DNA from: an uncultured archaeon
GTDB lineage: Archaea > EX4484-52 > JAADEF01
Length of the DNA stretch: 60,473 bases
NCBI GenBank assembly: GCA_964407715.1
Contig: CAYOWP010000007.1
Span: forward strand, 1-60,473
Direction: 5' to 3'
Under the pieces are notes generated by a model that searched no databases, was not told the DNA's origin, and saw only the letters and a list, made by a program, of their open reading frames with translations. A program made the translations under genes and the position numbers. This document shows positions 51,734 through 60,473 of this stretch, piece after piece (within the stretch, counting starts at the first letter, position 1; every line of letters begins with the position of its first letter).

Positions 51734-52324
51734 TTATTTTTTCCTATCGTTTGCTCTGATGCTTGGTCTTACTTTTTCCGCACCTTTACCTTTATTTAGT
51801 AAACCTCTTGATTTTTTACCTGCTGCAGTTAAGCCTCTAAAAACCCTGCCTTTATGCTTTCCAGAGGAAATCCACCCAATCTCTTTATCATTTATTATTG
51901 CAGGATGATGAGGATCAACTAAAATAACCTCAAACCACTTATATACTCCATCCTCTGCCACATAATATGAATTAAGAACTTCCAAATTTGGGTATTTACG
52001 TGCTGCTTTCTCTTCTGCTATCCATCTTAAAGATTTCTTAGGAGTGAACAATAATTGACCTGCTCTCTTTGGCCTTCTTCTTTTGTTTATCCTTTCCCTA
52101 TCTCTCCCCCCTTTTCTTACTCTTACTCTTACCACAACAAAACCTTGCTTTGCTTTATAGCCGATTCTTCTTGCTTTATCTATTCTTGTAGGTTTTTCAA
52201 TCCTTGTAACGACCTCTTCCTTTCTCCATTGAATTAACCTTGCTTTCCACACATCTTTTAGAGCAGCATTAGAATATCTTGTTTTCCACATCTCATTCAT
52301 ATAGTGATATGCACTCTTTGCCAT
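51734..52324 (-). CDS. rpl15e: 50S ribosomal protein eL15
   Basis: [32 protein letters not shown]. Confidence 0.97.
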   Translation of the reverse strand: MAKSAYHYMNEMWKTRYSNAALKDVWKARLIQWRKEEVVTRIEKPTRIDKARRIGYKAKQGFVVVRVRVRKGGRDRERINKRRRPKRAGQLLFTPKKSLRWIAEEKAARKYPNLEVLNSYYVAEDGVYKWFEVILVDPHHPAIINDKEIGWISSGKHKGRVFRGLTAAGKKSRGLLNKGKGAEKVRPSIRANDRKK

Positions 52325-52340
52325 TTTCTACACCTCTAAA

Positions 52341-52388
52341 GAAGTTTTCGTGTTCAGCACTTAGAGTGCTACATCCATACATCACTCT
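52341..52388 (-). promoter_or_regulatory. Candidate structured 5' leader of rpl15e
   Basis: Minus strand GAGTGATGTATGGATGT-AGCAC-TCTAA-GTGCT-GAACACG forms a hairpin just upstream of the SD. Confidence 0.4.
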
Positions 52389-52445
52389 AAAAAGGATAAT
52401 GATATTAGGATATCTTAAATTTTAAAATATTTTGCAAGATTTTTA

Positions 52446-52799
52446 GATATTGTCCAATAATTCTTATCAACAAAAAATTTGTTAACGGAAAACATATCCT
52501 TTTTAAAGAGCGACATCGGAGCAGTTAAGCTTCTAAGGCGTTTAGGAAGCAACTAAACCTTAATGAAGGCTAACATGCTGTAAGACCTCTGCAAGAGCGA
52601 ATTTCTCCCGTTAACAAACCATTAATAAATTTTGTTAACTGGAAACACAACCTTTTTAAAGAGTACATTAGAGCAGTAAACCTTATAAAGCATCTATATG
52701 TAGAATACTCCAAGGCAGGTTAGCATGCTGTAGGACCTTTGGAGAATTGAATTTCTCCCGTTAACAAATTTTATTAAAAGAGAATTATTGGACAAAATT
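52446..52799. mobile_element. MITE F, two full tandem palindromic units between eroded TIRs
   Basis: ATTGTCCAATAATTCT ... AGAATTATTGGACAA with units at 52480-52616 and 52633-52766. The terminal GG/CC and the TSD are not recognisable. Confidence 0.82.
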
Positions 52800-52863
52800 T
52801 CATTACATTTTCATTCTGAATTCATCGTTTATTTTTTAAAGTTATTTCACAATTATTTTTTCT

Positions 52864-53976
52864 ATGAATAGAAAAGGAAATCTTAGGGGCAATACTTTAT
52901 TGTATATTTCTTATATAATTTTTATAATTGTTATCTTTTTATTGGTTTCTGAGATTATGACTCTAAAGAATGAGTTGGCTCTAAGAGATACAGAGCTTGA
53001 AAAATGTAAAAGAAATATAGATGAGTATAAAAGATATACCTCTTCTCTTGAAGAAAAAATAATATCATTAAACGAGTCCTTAAATAACCTCTCATCGAGA
53101 TATAGAGAACTTGAGGAATATATTTCAAGTACAATAAAAGAGCTGAGATTATATGAAGAGGAAATAAATGAGGCACTTGTGTGGTTTAAAGAAAATGCAA
53201 ATTTACAAAATAGTGGATTAAGTGAATATCAAATGAATCTTCTTGTTAAGAGATGTTTAAAGGTCGAGGATGATTATTGCGAGATAAATTTAGGTTGCAT
53301 TTATTTATTAAATGATGAAGTATATGGATTTCACTATAAATATGACAATCAAACCACAAATAAAAGCGAGAATTTATTATCGCTTAGAGAATTTGTTGAG
53401 AAGGGCGGAGGAGATTGCGAGGATTATGCCTTTTTCTATAAAGCAGAATTTAATTATCTAAAAAACTACTGTTTTAATAAAGGAATCAAAAATATACTTT
53501 TAAGAACTTATTCATCCCAAAAATTTCCTGAGAGTAAAGAGCAAGAGAGCAATTTCTTTTTAGACAATGCAAAAACATGGTATGTACCAGATGTTTATGA
53601 GAACATTTTCTATAACTATAATCACATATTTGTTGTATGCGGAAATATGGAAGATACAGAAGGAAAGTCTGGGGGACATTGTGTTGTTGCATTAGCACAG
53701 GAAACTATCACAACTCCATACGATTTAGAGAATGAAAATGCGATACTCATTGAACCACAAACAGGAGCTTACCTTGGCAAAATAGGAAGAGAGATTGCTC
53801 TCTATAGACATGGGACATGGGAGGAGCTTAAAGACAAGAAAGGGCTATACTATATCATTTCGGATGAGGATCAATATCTCTATCTTTTTACATTAGAGAA
53901 ATGGACATCATATAAGGAATTTAAGGAAAAGATAGAAGATGCATTTAGAAGATATCGGGAGTTATATTTTGAATAA
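52864..53976 (+). CDS. Membrane-anchored coiled-coil protein with transglutaminase-like domain
   Basis: N-terminal TM, coiled coil, then GGDCEDYA, GHCVVA and IEPQTG. Confidence 0.75.
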   Translation: MNRKGNLRGNTLLYISYIIFIIVIFLLVSEIMTLKNELALRDTELEKCKRNIDEYKRYTSSLEEKIISLNESLNNLSSRYRELEEYISSTIKELRLYEEEINEALVWFKENANLQNSGLSEYQMNLLVKRCLKVEDDYCEINLGCIYLLNDEVYGFHYKYDNQTTNKSENLLSLREFVEKGGGDCEDYAFFYKAEFNYLKNYCFNKGIKNILLRTYSSQKFPESKEQESNFFLDNAKTWYVPDVYENIFYNYNHIFVVCGNMEDTEGKSGGHCVVALAQETITTPYDLENENAILIEPQTGAYLGKIGREIALYRHGTWEELKDKKGLYYIISDEDQYLYLFTLEKWTSYKEFKEKIEDAFRRYRELYFE

Positions 53977-53985
53977 GAAAAAGGG

Positions 53986-54105
53986 TGTTGGCAGCGTCGC
54001 CCTGTTCCCACCCCCGCCGGGGCAGTACTTAGGGCATCGCTGGCGGGCTTAACTTCCGGGTTCGGGATGGGTCCGGGTGTTTCCCCGCCGCTATGGCCGC
54101 CAACA
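53986..54105 (-). rRNA. rrf: 5S rRNA (stand-alone)
   Basis: GC-rich 120 nt. The reverse complement reads GGCCATAGCGGCGGGGAAACACCCGGACCCATCCCGAACCCGGAAGTTAAGCC...AAGTACTG, with terminal helix TGTTGGC/GCCAACA. Confidence 0.96.
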
Positions 54106-54161
54106 AATATTAGTTATAAAAAGAGATTTTTAAAATACTTTTTTTCAGAAATTTCAGTTCT

Positions 54162-54412
54162 GGCATTGCACAATAATTCTTTATTGTTAAGCGGAAACAT
54201 ATCCTCTCAAAGAAGCGCATGAGAGCAGTTAACCCTTTTGAATAGGGCTATGCTTCCCGTTAACAAATTATTTTGAATAGATAAAAATTGTTAACCGGAA
54301 AAAATCGCTATTACTACAGGTTTTGTAGCATGTCATCTTTAAGATTCGCTACTTTAATGCGCTTCTTTAAAAGGATGCTCAGCTTAACAATAAAGAATTA
54401 TTGGACAACGCC
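54162..54412. mobile_element. MITE G (251 bp), left arm of a composite around relE-antitoxin
   Basis: GGCATTGCACAATAATTCT ... AGAATTATTGGACAACGCC, flanked by TCAGTTCT on the left and AACATCAAA on the right. Confidence 0.92.
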
Positions 54413-54416
54413 AACA

Positions 54417-54674
54417 TCAAATCCTTTTATAAACCCTTGACCTTTTGTCTATTAAGACAATATAAATGACCTTCTCTTTTTCATCTATTTTATAAATTAT
54501 CCTAAATTTGCCAATCCTTATTCTATAAAGAGAGTCAAACCCTCTTAACTTTTTGCCAATGTATGGGCTGTGCTTTAAAGACAGAATAGCTTTATGAATT
54601 CTATAAAGAATATTTTTATCTTTTATGCTTTTCATATCCCTCTGGGCAGATTTCAATATTTTTAACTCATACAT
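54417..54674 (-). CDS. relE: RelE/ParE family toxin
   Basis: KKLRG..LYRIRIGKFRIIY.IDE..VIYIV..DKRSRVY. Confidence 0.92.
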   Translation of the reverse strand: MYELKILKSAQRDMKSIKDKNILYRIHKAILSLKHSPYIGKKLRGFDSLYRIRIGKFRIIYKIDEKEKVIYIVLIDKRSRVYKRI

Positions 54675-54858
54675 CTATTTTCAACTCCTTTTTAGCAAAT
54701 TCTTCATAATCATCATATTCTTCGTTCTCAATTTCCTTTAATCTTTTCTCTATTATGATTTCTTCATCTAAAAATTCCCTTATAACTTGAGTTAAGTTGT
54801 CAATTTTCCTTTCTAATCTCTCTATATCCTCCTTAGTTGCATACCTTACTCGAGACAT
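54667..54858 (-). CDS. Cognate antitoxin (RelB-like)
   Basis: 63 aa, acidic C-terminus, overlaps the relE start. Confidence 0.75.
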   Translation of the reverse strand: MSRVRYATKEDIERLERKIDNLTQVIREFLDEEIIIEKRLKEIENEEYDDYEEFAKKELKIDV

Positions 54859-54924
54859 TCTACCACCTTATAAAATATAGTTCATCTGAACTTTAAAAAT
54901 GTTGTTTAATGAAAAACATCAAAG

Positions 54925-55078
54925 GGCATTGCACAAAAATTCTTTATTGTTAAGCAGAAATTTAACGCGCAAATAGCACTTATAACGGTAATCGCATTAG
55001 CTCTACAAGATTCGCTACTTTAATGCGCTTCTTTAAAAGGATGCTCAGCTTAACAATAAAGAATTATTGGACAATGCC
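54925..55078. mobile_element. MITE H (154 bp), right arm of the composite
   Basis: GGCATTGCACAAAAATTCT ... AGAATTATTGGACAATGCC, flanked by AACATCAAA(G) on the left and TCAGTTCT on the right. The last ~70 bp are essentially identical to MITE G. Confidence 0.92.
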
Positions 55079-55149
55079 TCAGTTCTTGGGCTTTGTATCT
55101 TTGTATAATAGCACTTTTATCAAATAAAACTTAATTATCATCTGGATTA

Positions 55150-55223
55150 CGAGCCCGGTGGGATTTGAACCCACGACAACCCGGTCCGAAGCCGGGCACT
55201 CTACCAAGCTGAGTTACGGGCCC
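55150..55223 (-). tRNA. tRNA-Arg(TCG)
   Basis: Reverse-complement cloverleaf with anticodon arm CCCGG-CTTCGGA-CCGGG. Confidence 0.96.
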
Positions 55224-55281
55224 ATATTTACAAATTTAATTTTTGGATTTATAAAAATATTTCCACTTCTTTATAAGATTA

Positions 55282-55416
55282 GGCATTGTTCGATAATCCT
55301 TTATTGTTAAGCGGAAACATAACCTCTCACAGAAGCACATGAGAGCAGTTAACCCCTTGAATAGAGCTCTGATTCCCGTTAACCAAATTTCTCAAAATAT
55401 ATTATTGGACAATGCT
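55282..55416. mobile_element. MITE I (135 bp)
   Basis: GGCATTGTTCGATAATCCT ... ATTATTGGACAATGCT with flanking direct repeat TTATAAGATTA / TTGTAAGATTA. Confidence 0.87.
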
Positions 55417-55457
55417 TTGTAAGATTACTTTTTTAAATAATTCTTTCTTTCATTATA

Positions 55458-58355
55458 ATGATTATGTCTAAGCAACATGGAGAGAATACCTCAACTAAGT
55501 TTGCATCTCCTTTTAATGAACTTGTTAGGAAATGGCATGAAAAGTGGATGAGAGAAGGAAAATATAATGCTGATCCATGTATTAACAAAAAGAAATTTTT
55601 TGTTAACTTTCCTTATCCATATATTAATGGATATCTGCATTTGGGACATGGATATACATCATTAAAAGTTGATTTAATTTCTCGTTTAAAGAGAAAAGAA
55701 GGATTCAATGTTCTATTTCCTCAAGGATTTCATGCTACCGGACAACCCATTATTGCTGCAGCCCAAAGAATAGCTGAAGGAGAGAAGAAGCAGATAGAGA
55801 TTTTAAAGAGGATGGGAATAAAGGATATAGAAAAATTTAAGGATCCAATGGAATGGATAAGGTTCTTTTCAGAGAAAGCTTATGAGCATCTTAATTTATT
55901 GGGATATGGAATCGATTGGAGAAGAAGATTTATCACAACAGAAATCAATAAGGCATATGATAAGTTCATAAAATGGCAATATAAAAAACTTTATGATAAA
56001 GGCTACATTTATAAGGGTTCACATCCAGTAGTGTATTGCCCAAAAGATAAATGTGCAATAGGGGATCATGATAGAGTAGAGGGAGAGGGAGTAGTGCCTG
56101 AGAGGGTTGTGATGATAAAGTTTAAATTGTTAGATTCAGATAAATATCTCCTTGCAATGACATATAGACCTGAAACTTTGTGGGGAGTAACAAATATTTG
56201 GGTTAATCCTGCTGGAGAGTATGTGGTGTATGAGACAAACCAAGGAGAAAGATTAATCATTTCAAAAGAGGTGATAGAGAATTTCAAATTCCAGGATATT
56301 GATGGAAACATTATAGAGCAAATAAAAGGAGAGGATCTTCTTGGCAAAGAGGTTGAGAATCTTGTTACAGGAGATGTGGTTAAGGTATTACCTGCATCCT
56401 TTGTTGATACAAAAGTAGGCTCTGGAATAGTGATGTCAGTACCTTCACATGCACCTTATGATTATGCTGCCTTGAAGGATCTTGAAAATGATAAAAGATG
56501 GGCAGAGACTGTGAAAAATATGAAGATGATTTCTTTGATTAATTTGAAGGGATATGGTGAGTTTCCGGCTAAGGAAATCTGCGAGCGAATGGGAATTTCA
56601 TCACAGAAAGATAAAGATAAATTGGAAAAAGCAACCAAGAACATCTATAAACTGGAATATCATCAAGGTATCCTGAAGGATATATTCGGGAGATTTGCAG
56701 GAATGTACGTTAAGGATGCAAAAGAGAAAATTATTTCCTTTTTAAAGGAGAAAGGAATTGCTTTTGAGTTTTATATTTTACCTGAGAGAGTTGTATGCAG
56801 ATGTTTAACACATGCAGTTGTTAAGATAGTTCATGATCAGTGGTTTATAAAGTACTCAGACAGAAAATGGAAGGATCTTGTGCATAAAGCCATAGATAAA
56901 ATGAGATTTTATCCTCCAAATCTCAAAGATGCCTTTCATGAGGCTGTAGAATGGCTATGTGATTGGGCTTTTACAAGAGAAAAGGGTTTAGGGTCAAGAT
57001 TACCTTTTGATAAGGAGAAATTGATAGAATCTTTAAGTGACTCCACAATATACATGGCATACTATCCTTTAGCAAAGTATTTGGAGCATCCTGATGAATA
57101 TGATATTGATATTGATTCTTTACAAGATTCGTTTTTTGATTATGTCTTTTTGGGTATAGGAGATATAGAACACGTTGCAAAAGAAAACAAAATCTCTAAG
57201 GATTTACTTAAGAAGATAAGAGATGAGTTCATTTATTGGTATGATGGTGGTTTTGAGTTAAGAATTTCTGGTAAGGATTTGGTGAAAAATCATTTAATTA
57301 TGATGCTTTTCCATCATGTTGCTATATTTCCTGAGGAGTTTTATCCTAAGGGAGTAGGGGTTAATGGTTATGTGATGGTTGATGGAAAAAAGATGAGTAA
57401 AAGCTTGGGCAATTTCTATACTTTAAAGGATGCATATGAGTTATTTGGTGCAGAGGAAACGAGATTTGTTTTGGCATATGCAGGGAACGTTGGATTTGAT
57501 GATCCTAACTTTGAAACATCCTTAGTTAAGGAAATCCGCGAAAAACTGATTTGGTTTGAAAATTTTGCTTTGAGATATTACAACAATGGAAGGGAAGATG
57601 TGAGGGAGATAGATAAGTGGTTTGTTAGCAAAATCAAAATTTTGAGTGATTTATTTATTGAGAGTATGAATGCTTTGATGACAAGAGATGCTATCAAATA
57701 TGGGTTTTTTGACATGCTCAATGCTTTGAGGTGGTATATGCGTAGGTGTTTAAATAATCCAAATAAAGAGGTTATGAGGGTTTATGTGGAACAACAACTT
57801 CATATTCTGAGTGTGGTAATACCTCATTATGCCCAAGAAATTTGGAGCAAACTAAATAAGGATGGAGATATCATTGATTTGCCTTTTATAGAGTTTGATG
57901 ATGTTGTTATTAACAAAGAAGCAGAGGAGTTTGAGGATTATCTTGCAAAGCTAATTGATGATGCAAAAGAGCTTTTGGAATTGATAAAAAGGAAAAGAGA
58001 TTTTGAGCCTAAGGAGTTAGAGATAGTTATTGCGGATAATTGGAAATACATGGGATATGAGATGATCAAAGGTATGAATAATGTTAAAGAGGTCATTAAT
58101 TATGCGAAAAATGAGGATTTCTTTGGAGTGCCACCAAGCATATTTGCAGAGTTTGTAAGCAAGAATTTTGTTAAGATTAAGAAGATGCCATATAAAAACC
58201 TTTTAAGAGATAATGAGATTGCATGGTTAAAAGAAAGCAAAGAGTTTTTAGAAAACGAGCTGGGCATCAATATAAAGATTACTGAGGAGGCATGTTGCAA
58301 AGAAGAGAAAGCAAAGTTTTCTATGCCATATAAGCCAGCTATGATTGTAAGATAA
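55458..58355 (+). CDS. leuS: Leucine--tRNA ligase (archaeal type)
   Basis: PYPYINGYLHLGH, RPETLWG, SVPSHAPYD, IESLSDSTIY, KMSKS. Confidence 0.97.
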   Translation: MIMSKQHGENTSTKFASPFNELVRKWHEKWMREGKYNADPCINKKKFFVNFPYPYINGYLHLGHGYTSLKVDLISRLKRKEGFNVLFPQGFHATGQPIIAAAQRIAEGEKKQIEILKRMGIKDIEKFKDPMEWIRFFSEKAYEHLNLLGYGIDWRRRFITTEINKAYDKFIKWQYKKLYDKGYIYKGSHPVVYCPKDKCAIGDHDRVEGEGVVPERVVMIKFKLLDSDKYLLAMTYRPETLWGVTNIWVNPAGEYVVYETNQGERLIISKEVIENFKFQDIDGNIIEQIKGEDLLGKEVENLVTGDVVKVLPASFVDTKVGSGIVMSVPSHAPYDYAALKDLENDKRWAETVKNMKMISLINLKGYGEFPAKEICERMGISSQKDKDKLEKATKNIYKLEYHQGILKDIFGRFAGMYVKDAKEKIISFLKEKGIAFEFYILPERVVCRCLTHAVVKIVHDQWFIKYSDRKWKDLVHKAIDKMRFYPPNLKDAFHEAVEWLCDWAFTREKGLGSRLPFDKEKLIESLSDSTIYMAYYPLAKYLEHPDEYDIDIDSLQDSFFDYVFLGIGDIEHVAKENKISKDLLKKIRDEFIYWYDGGFELRISGKDLVKNHLIMMLFHHVAIFPEEFYPKGVGVNGYVMVDGKKMSKSLGNFYTLKDAYELFGAEETRFVLAYAGNVGFDDPNFETSLVKEIREKLIWFENFALRYYNNGREDVREIDKWFVSKIKILSDLFIESMNALMTRDAIKYGFFDMLNALRWYMRRCLNNPNKEVMRVYVEQQLHILSVVIPHYAQEIWSKLNKDGDIIDLPFIEFDDVVINKEAEEFEDYLAKLIDDAKELLELIKRKRDFEPKELEIVIADNWKYMGYEMIKGMNNVKEVINYAKNEDFFGVPPSIFAEFVSKNFVKIKKMPYKNLLRDNEIAWLKESKEFLENELGINIKITEEACCKEEKAKFSMPYKPAMIVR

Positions 58356-58404
58356 GCGAGTGCGTTTAAATTTAAATAGATATCTCTTCTATAGAGAATA
58401 GTAT

Positions 58405-59076
58405 ATGAAGAAAATAAAATGCATAATATGTGGGAGAGATTTAGATATCAACAAAAAGAAAGAAGTTATTTGTGATGTATGCAAAAGCAAAATAGGAAAA
58501 TATAAAAAAGAAAAGATCCACATCACATTTTGCAGGTTATGTTTTCGATATAAAATTGGTAAAAAGTGGAATACACCACAAGAACAATATGATAACTTAA
58601 AGGAGTACGTGTCGCATATTCTTAATATTCCCTTAGAGAACATAGAGGAAATAAAAGGAAATAGTTATAGATGTGTGGATTCAAAAAATAAGGTGATAAA
58701 GGAGATACAAATTGGATTTGGAACATGTGATGAATGCTCAAGGATGTTTGGTGGCTATTATGAATGTATTGTTCAAATAAGGGGTGATAATGCATTTATA
58801 AGAAAAATGGAGGAAAAGCTAACAACCTTTGTTGAGAAATCTAATATGCCTCGCGCCTTTATTACAAAGATAGAGAGAGTGCGTGGAGGAAAAGATATAT
58901 ATCTTGGATCAAAGAAGATAGGAAAAAAATTTATAAAAACCCTTGATAAAAAACAATATATATTGAAGATGAGCACTTCATTTTATGGAGTAAAAGACGG
59001 AAAAAGAATTACAAGAGATGTGTTCCTAATAAGGCAAAGAGAGGGTGATATGATTGGTAGAAAAGGAAAGGATTGA
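58405..59076 (+). CDS. nmd3: NMD3 family ribosome biogenesis protein
   Basis: CxxC Zn motifs, CDECSR..GGYYECIVQIRG, KDIYLGS. Confidence 0.88.
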   Translation: MKKIKCIICGRDLDINKKKEVICDVCKSKIGKYKKEKIHITFCRLCFRYKIGKKWNTPQEQYDNLKEYVSHILNIPLENIEEIKGNSYRCVDSKNKVIKEIQIGFGTCDECSRMFGGYYECIVQIRGDNAFIRKMEEKLTTFVEKSNMPRAFITKIERVRGGKDIYLGSKKIGKKFIKTLDKKQYILKMSTSFYGVKDGKRITRDVFLIRQREGDMIGRKGKD

Positions 59077-59383
59077 TGATGTGTTAGAGGGAGAGGAAGA
59101 GATTATAAGGGCAAAGCTTCCAGAAGGAAATCAGGTTATAGGTATTATAGAGGCAAGATTAGGATATGGAAGGTTTAGTGTGGTTTGCTCTGATAAGAGA
59201 ATAAGGGTGTGCAGAGTACCTGGTAGGTTAAGAAGAAAGTTGTGGTTGAGGGAAGGGGATTATGTTATTGTGGAGCCATGGGAAATTGAAGGTGAGAAAA
59301 AAGGAGATATAATATATAAATATCGAAAAGCAGAGGTTGCATGGTTAGAAAGAGAGGGATATCTTAAAGATCTCTCCTTATAG
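59054..59383 (+). CDS. eif1a: Translation initiation factor aIF-1A
   Basis: RVCRVPGRLRRKLWLREGDYVIVEPW..KGDIIYKY. Confidence 0.95.
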   Translation: MVEKERIDDVLEGEEEIIRAKLPEGNQVIGIIEARLGYGRFSVVCSDKRIRVCRVPGRLRRKLWLREGDYVIVEPWEIEGEKKGDIIYKYRKAEVAWLEREGYLKDLSL

Positions 59384-59392
59384 CTTGGTAGA

Positions 59393-59998
59393 TTACCAGA
59401 TTTCTCTGACATTATCTAAATACCAATGAACTATTGTGATGCATTGTGTTGTTAAATATTCTTCATTGCCAAGAGAGATTATCCTCATTTTTCCTTTACA
59501 TACTTTGTTTATAATTGCCAAATCATCCTCTTCCAAACCCCTATTATCTCCAAGGATGATAGAGATATCTCTAAATTTTATTTTATCGCTTAAGATGAAA
59601 TCTCCGCTTTTATCTAGCAATAGGATGAGAGATGACTTATTTCTTAGATATCGCACTATCTCCTCAAAATTGCACTCATATACATGAACTCCATTATATG
59701 TGATTTCATATTTATTTTTGTGATATAAAGTATATGCTTTAGAGATGTATATGCCTATTTCTCTTTCATTTGGTGAGAGCTTTCTTATCTTTTTTCCTTT
59801 AAATGCCATTACTGTTCCTTTGTCCCTTTTTCCAAAATAGAGATACACGTCAGTGTCTTTTCTTATGTTGTTTGATTTCCACAAACCATAAAGCACGCTT
59901 CTTGCTGCTATATCAATTCTTCCTAAGGAAGACATTTCCCTTACCTTAAAATTGGGTTTAAGTTTTGCATTTGTTAATTTTACAAGTATATTTCTCAT
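59393..59998 (-). CDS. trmY: tRNA (pseudouridine54-N1)-methyltransferase (SPOUT)
   Basis: GRIDIAAR..IRKD..PNER..ILGDNRGL..ISLG..QCITIVH. Confidence 0.87.
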   Translation of the reverse strand: MRNILVKLTNAKLKPNFKVREMSSLGRIDIAARSVLYGLWKSNNIRKDTDVYLYFGKRDKGTVMAFKGKKIRKLSPNEREIGIYISKAYTLYHKNKYEITYNGVHVYECNFEEIVRYLRNKSSLILLLDKSGDFILSDKIKFRDISIILGDNRGLEEDDLAIINKVCKGKMRIISLGNEEYLTTQCITIVHWYLDNVREIW

Positions 59999-60258
59999 AC
60001 TTTCATCCCTTTATAAAATATTAATGCGGTGATGAGAAAAAGTATAAGAAAGAGGATTAGGGAGAATATAAGCATCTTTTTGGATGTTGCAAATCCAAAT
60101 GGAATTGGGCCTATGAATCCTATAACCCCTGCTTCAATGCTCTCTTTTGATGCATCTCCTTTTTCATGTATTGATTTATAGGAAGCATACAATATCAGAA
60201 CCATCCCAATCAAGATAAAAGCAAAACCCAACAAATACAACTCTGACGAATTTCCCAT
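59995..60258 (-). CDS. DUF131-like membrane protein
   Basis: GVIGFIGPIPFGF between two TM helices. Confidence 0.8.
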   Translation of the reverse strand: MGNSSELYLLGFAFILIGMVLILYASYKSIHEKGDASKESIEAGVIGFIGPIPFGFATSKKMLIFSLILFLILFLITALIFYKGMKV

Positions 60259-60324
60259 AGATTTTTAAGATATATTGAAAAAATTTAAATTTATTTAATA
60301 ACTTCCCAGAGTGTTTCCTTGAGA

Positions 60325-60473
60325 TGGTTAACTGGAAGCATATGAAAGCAATTAATCTCAAAAAAGGTTACCATGCTGAAAACCTTGTGGTAATAAGGAT
60401 TTGTGCGCGTTAACCAGATTTTATTTTAAATAAAATGGTTAAGGGGAGATGTAACCTCTTAAAAGGCACATTA
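60325..60473. repeat. Palindromic-unit tandem array 5 (runs off the window edge)
   Basis: TGGTTAACTGGAAG...AGGTTACCATGCT...CGTTAACCA, an AT spacer, then TGGTTAAGGGGAGATGT. Confidence 0.85.

Overview
AT-rich, gene-dense archaeal chromosome segment, most likely from a thermophilic small-genome DPANN lineage. The basis is an intact reverse gyrase, Cdc6/Orc1, Hef, NMD3, aIF-1A, eL15/eL19/eL30/eL32, a stand-alone 5S rRNA, broken ribosomal operons and five aminoacyl-tRNA synthetases in 60 kb. Coding content includes an S-layer gene followed by an island of intact and decayed MNT-HEPN and Fic toxin-antitoxin modules, translation and DNA-repair genes, surface and pilin-like proteins, and 4 tRNAs. The outstanding feature is a non-coding repeat system that fills most long intergenic gaps (roughly 4.5-5 kb by my hand count). 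Its unit is a 105-140 bp imperfect palindrome (TGGTTAAsGGGAA...AGCAGCTAACCT..AGGTTAsCATG...TTCCCGTTAACCA). The unit occurs in two forms: naked tandem arrays of 4-6 diverged units with about 20-bp AT-only spacers, and cargo inside nine MITE-like elements with GGCATTGTCCAATAATTCT termini and 8-11 bp target-site duplications. The window contains an empty-site/filled-site pair that shows mobility. It also contains a RelE toxin-antitoxin module bracketed by two such MITEs with reciprocally swapped TSDs, a cointegrate-like structure. No transposase is present in the window.
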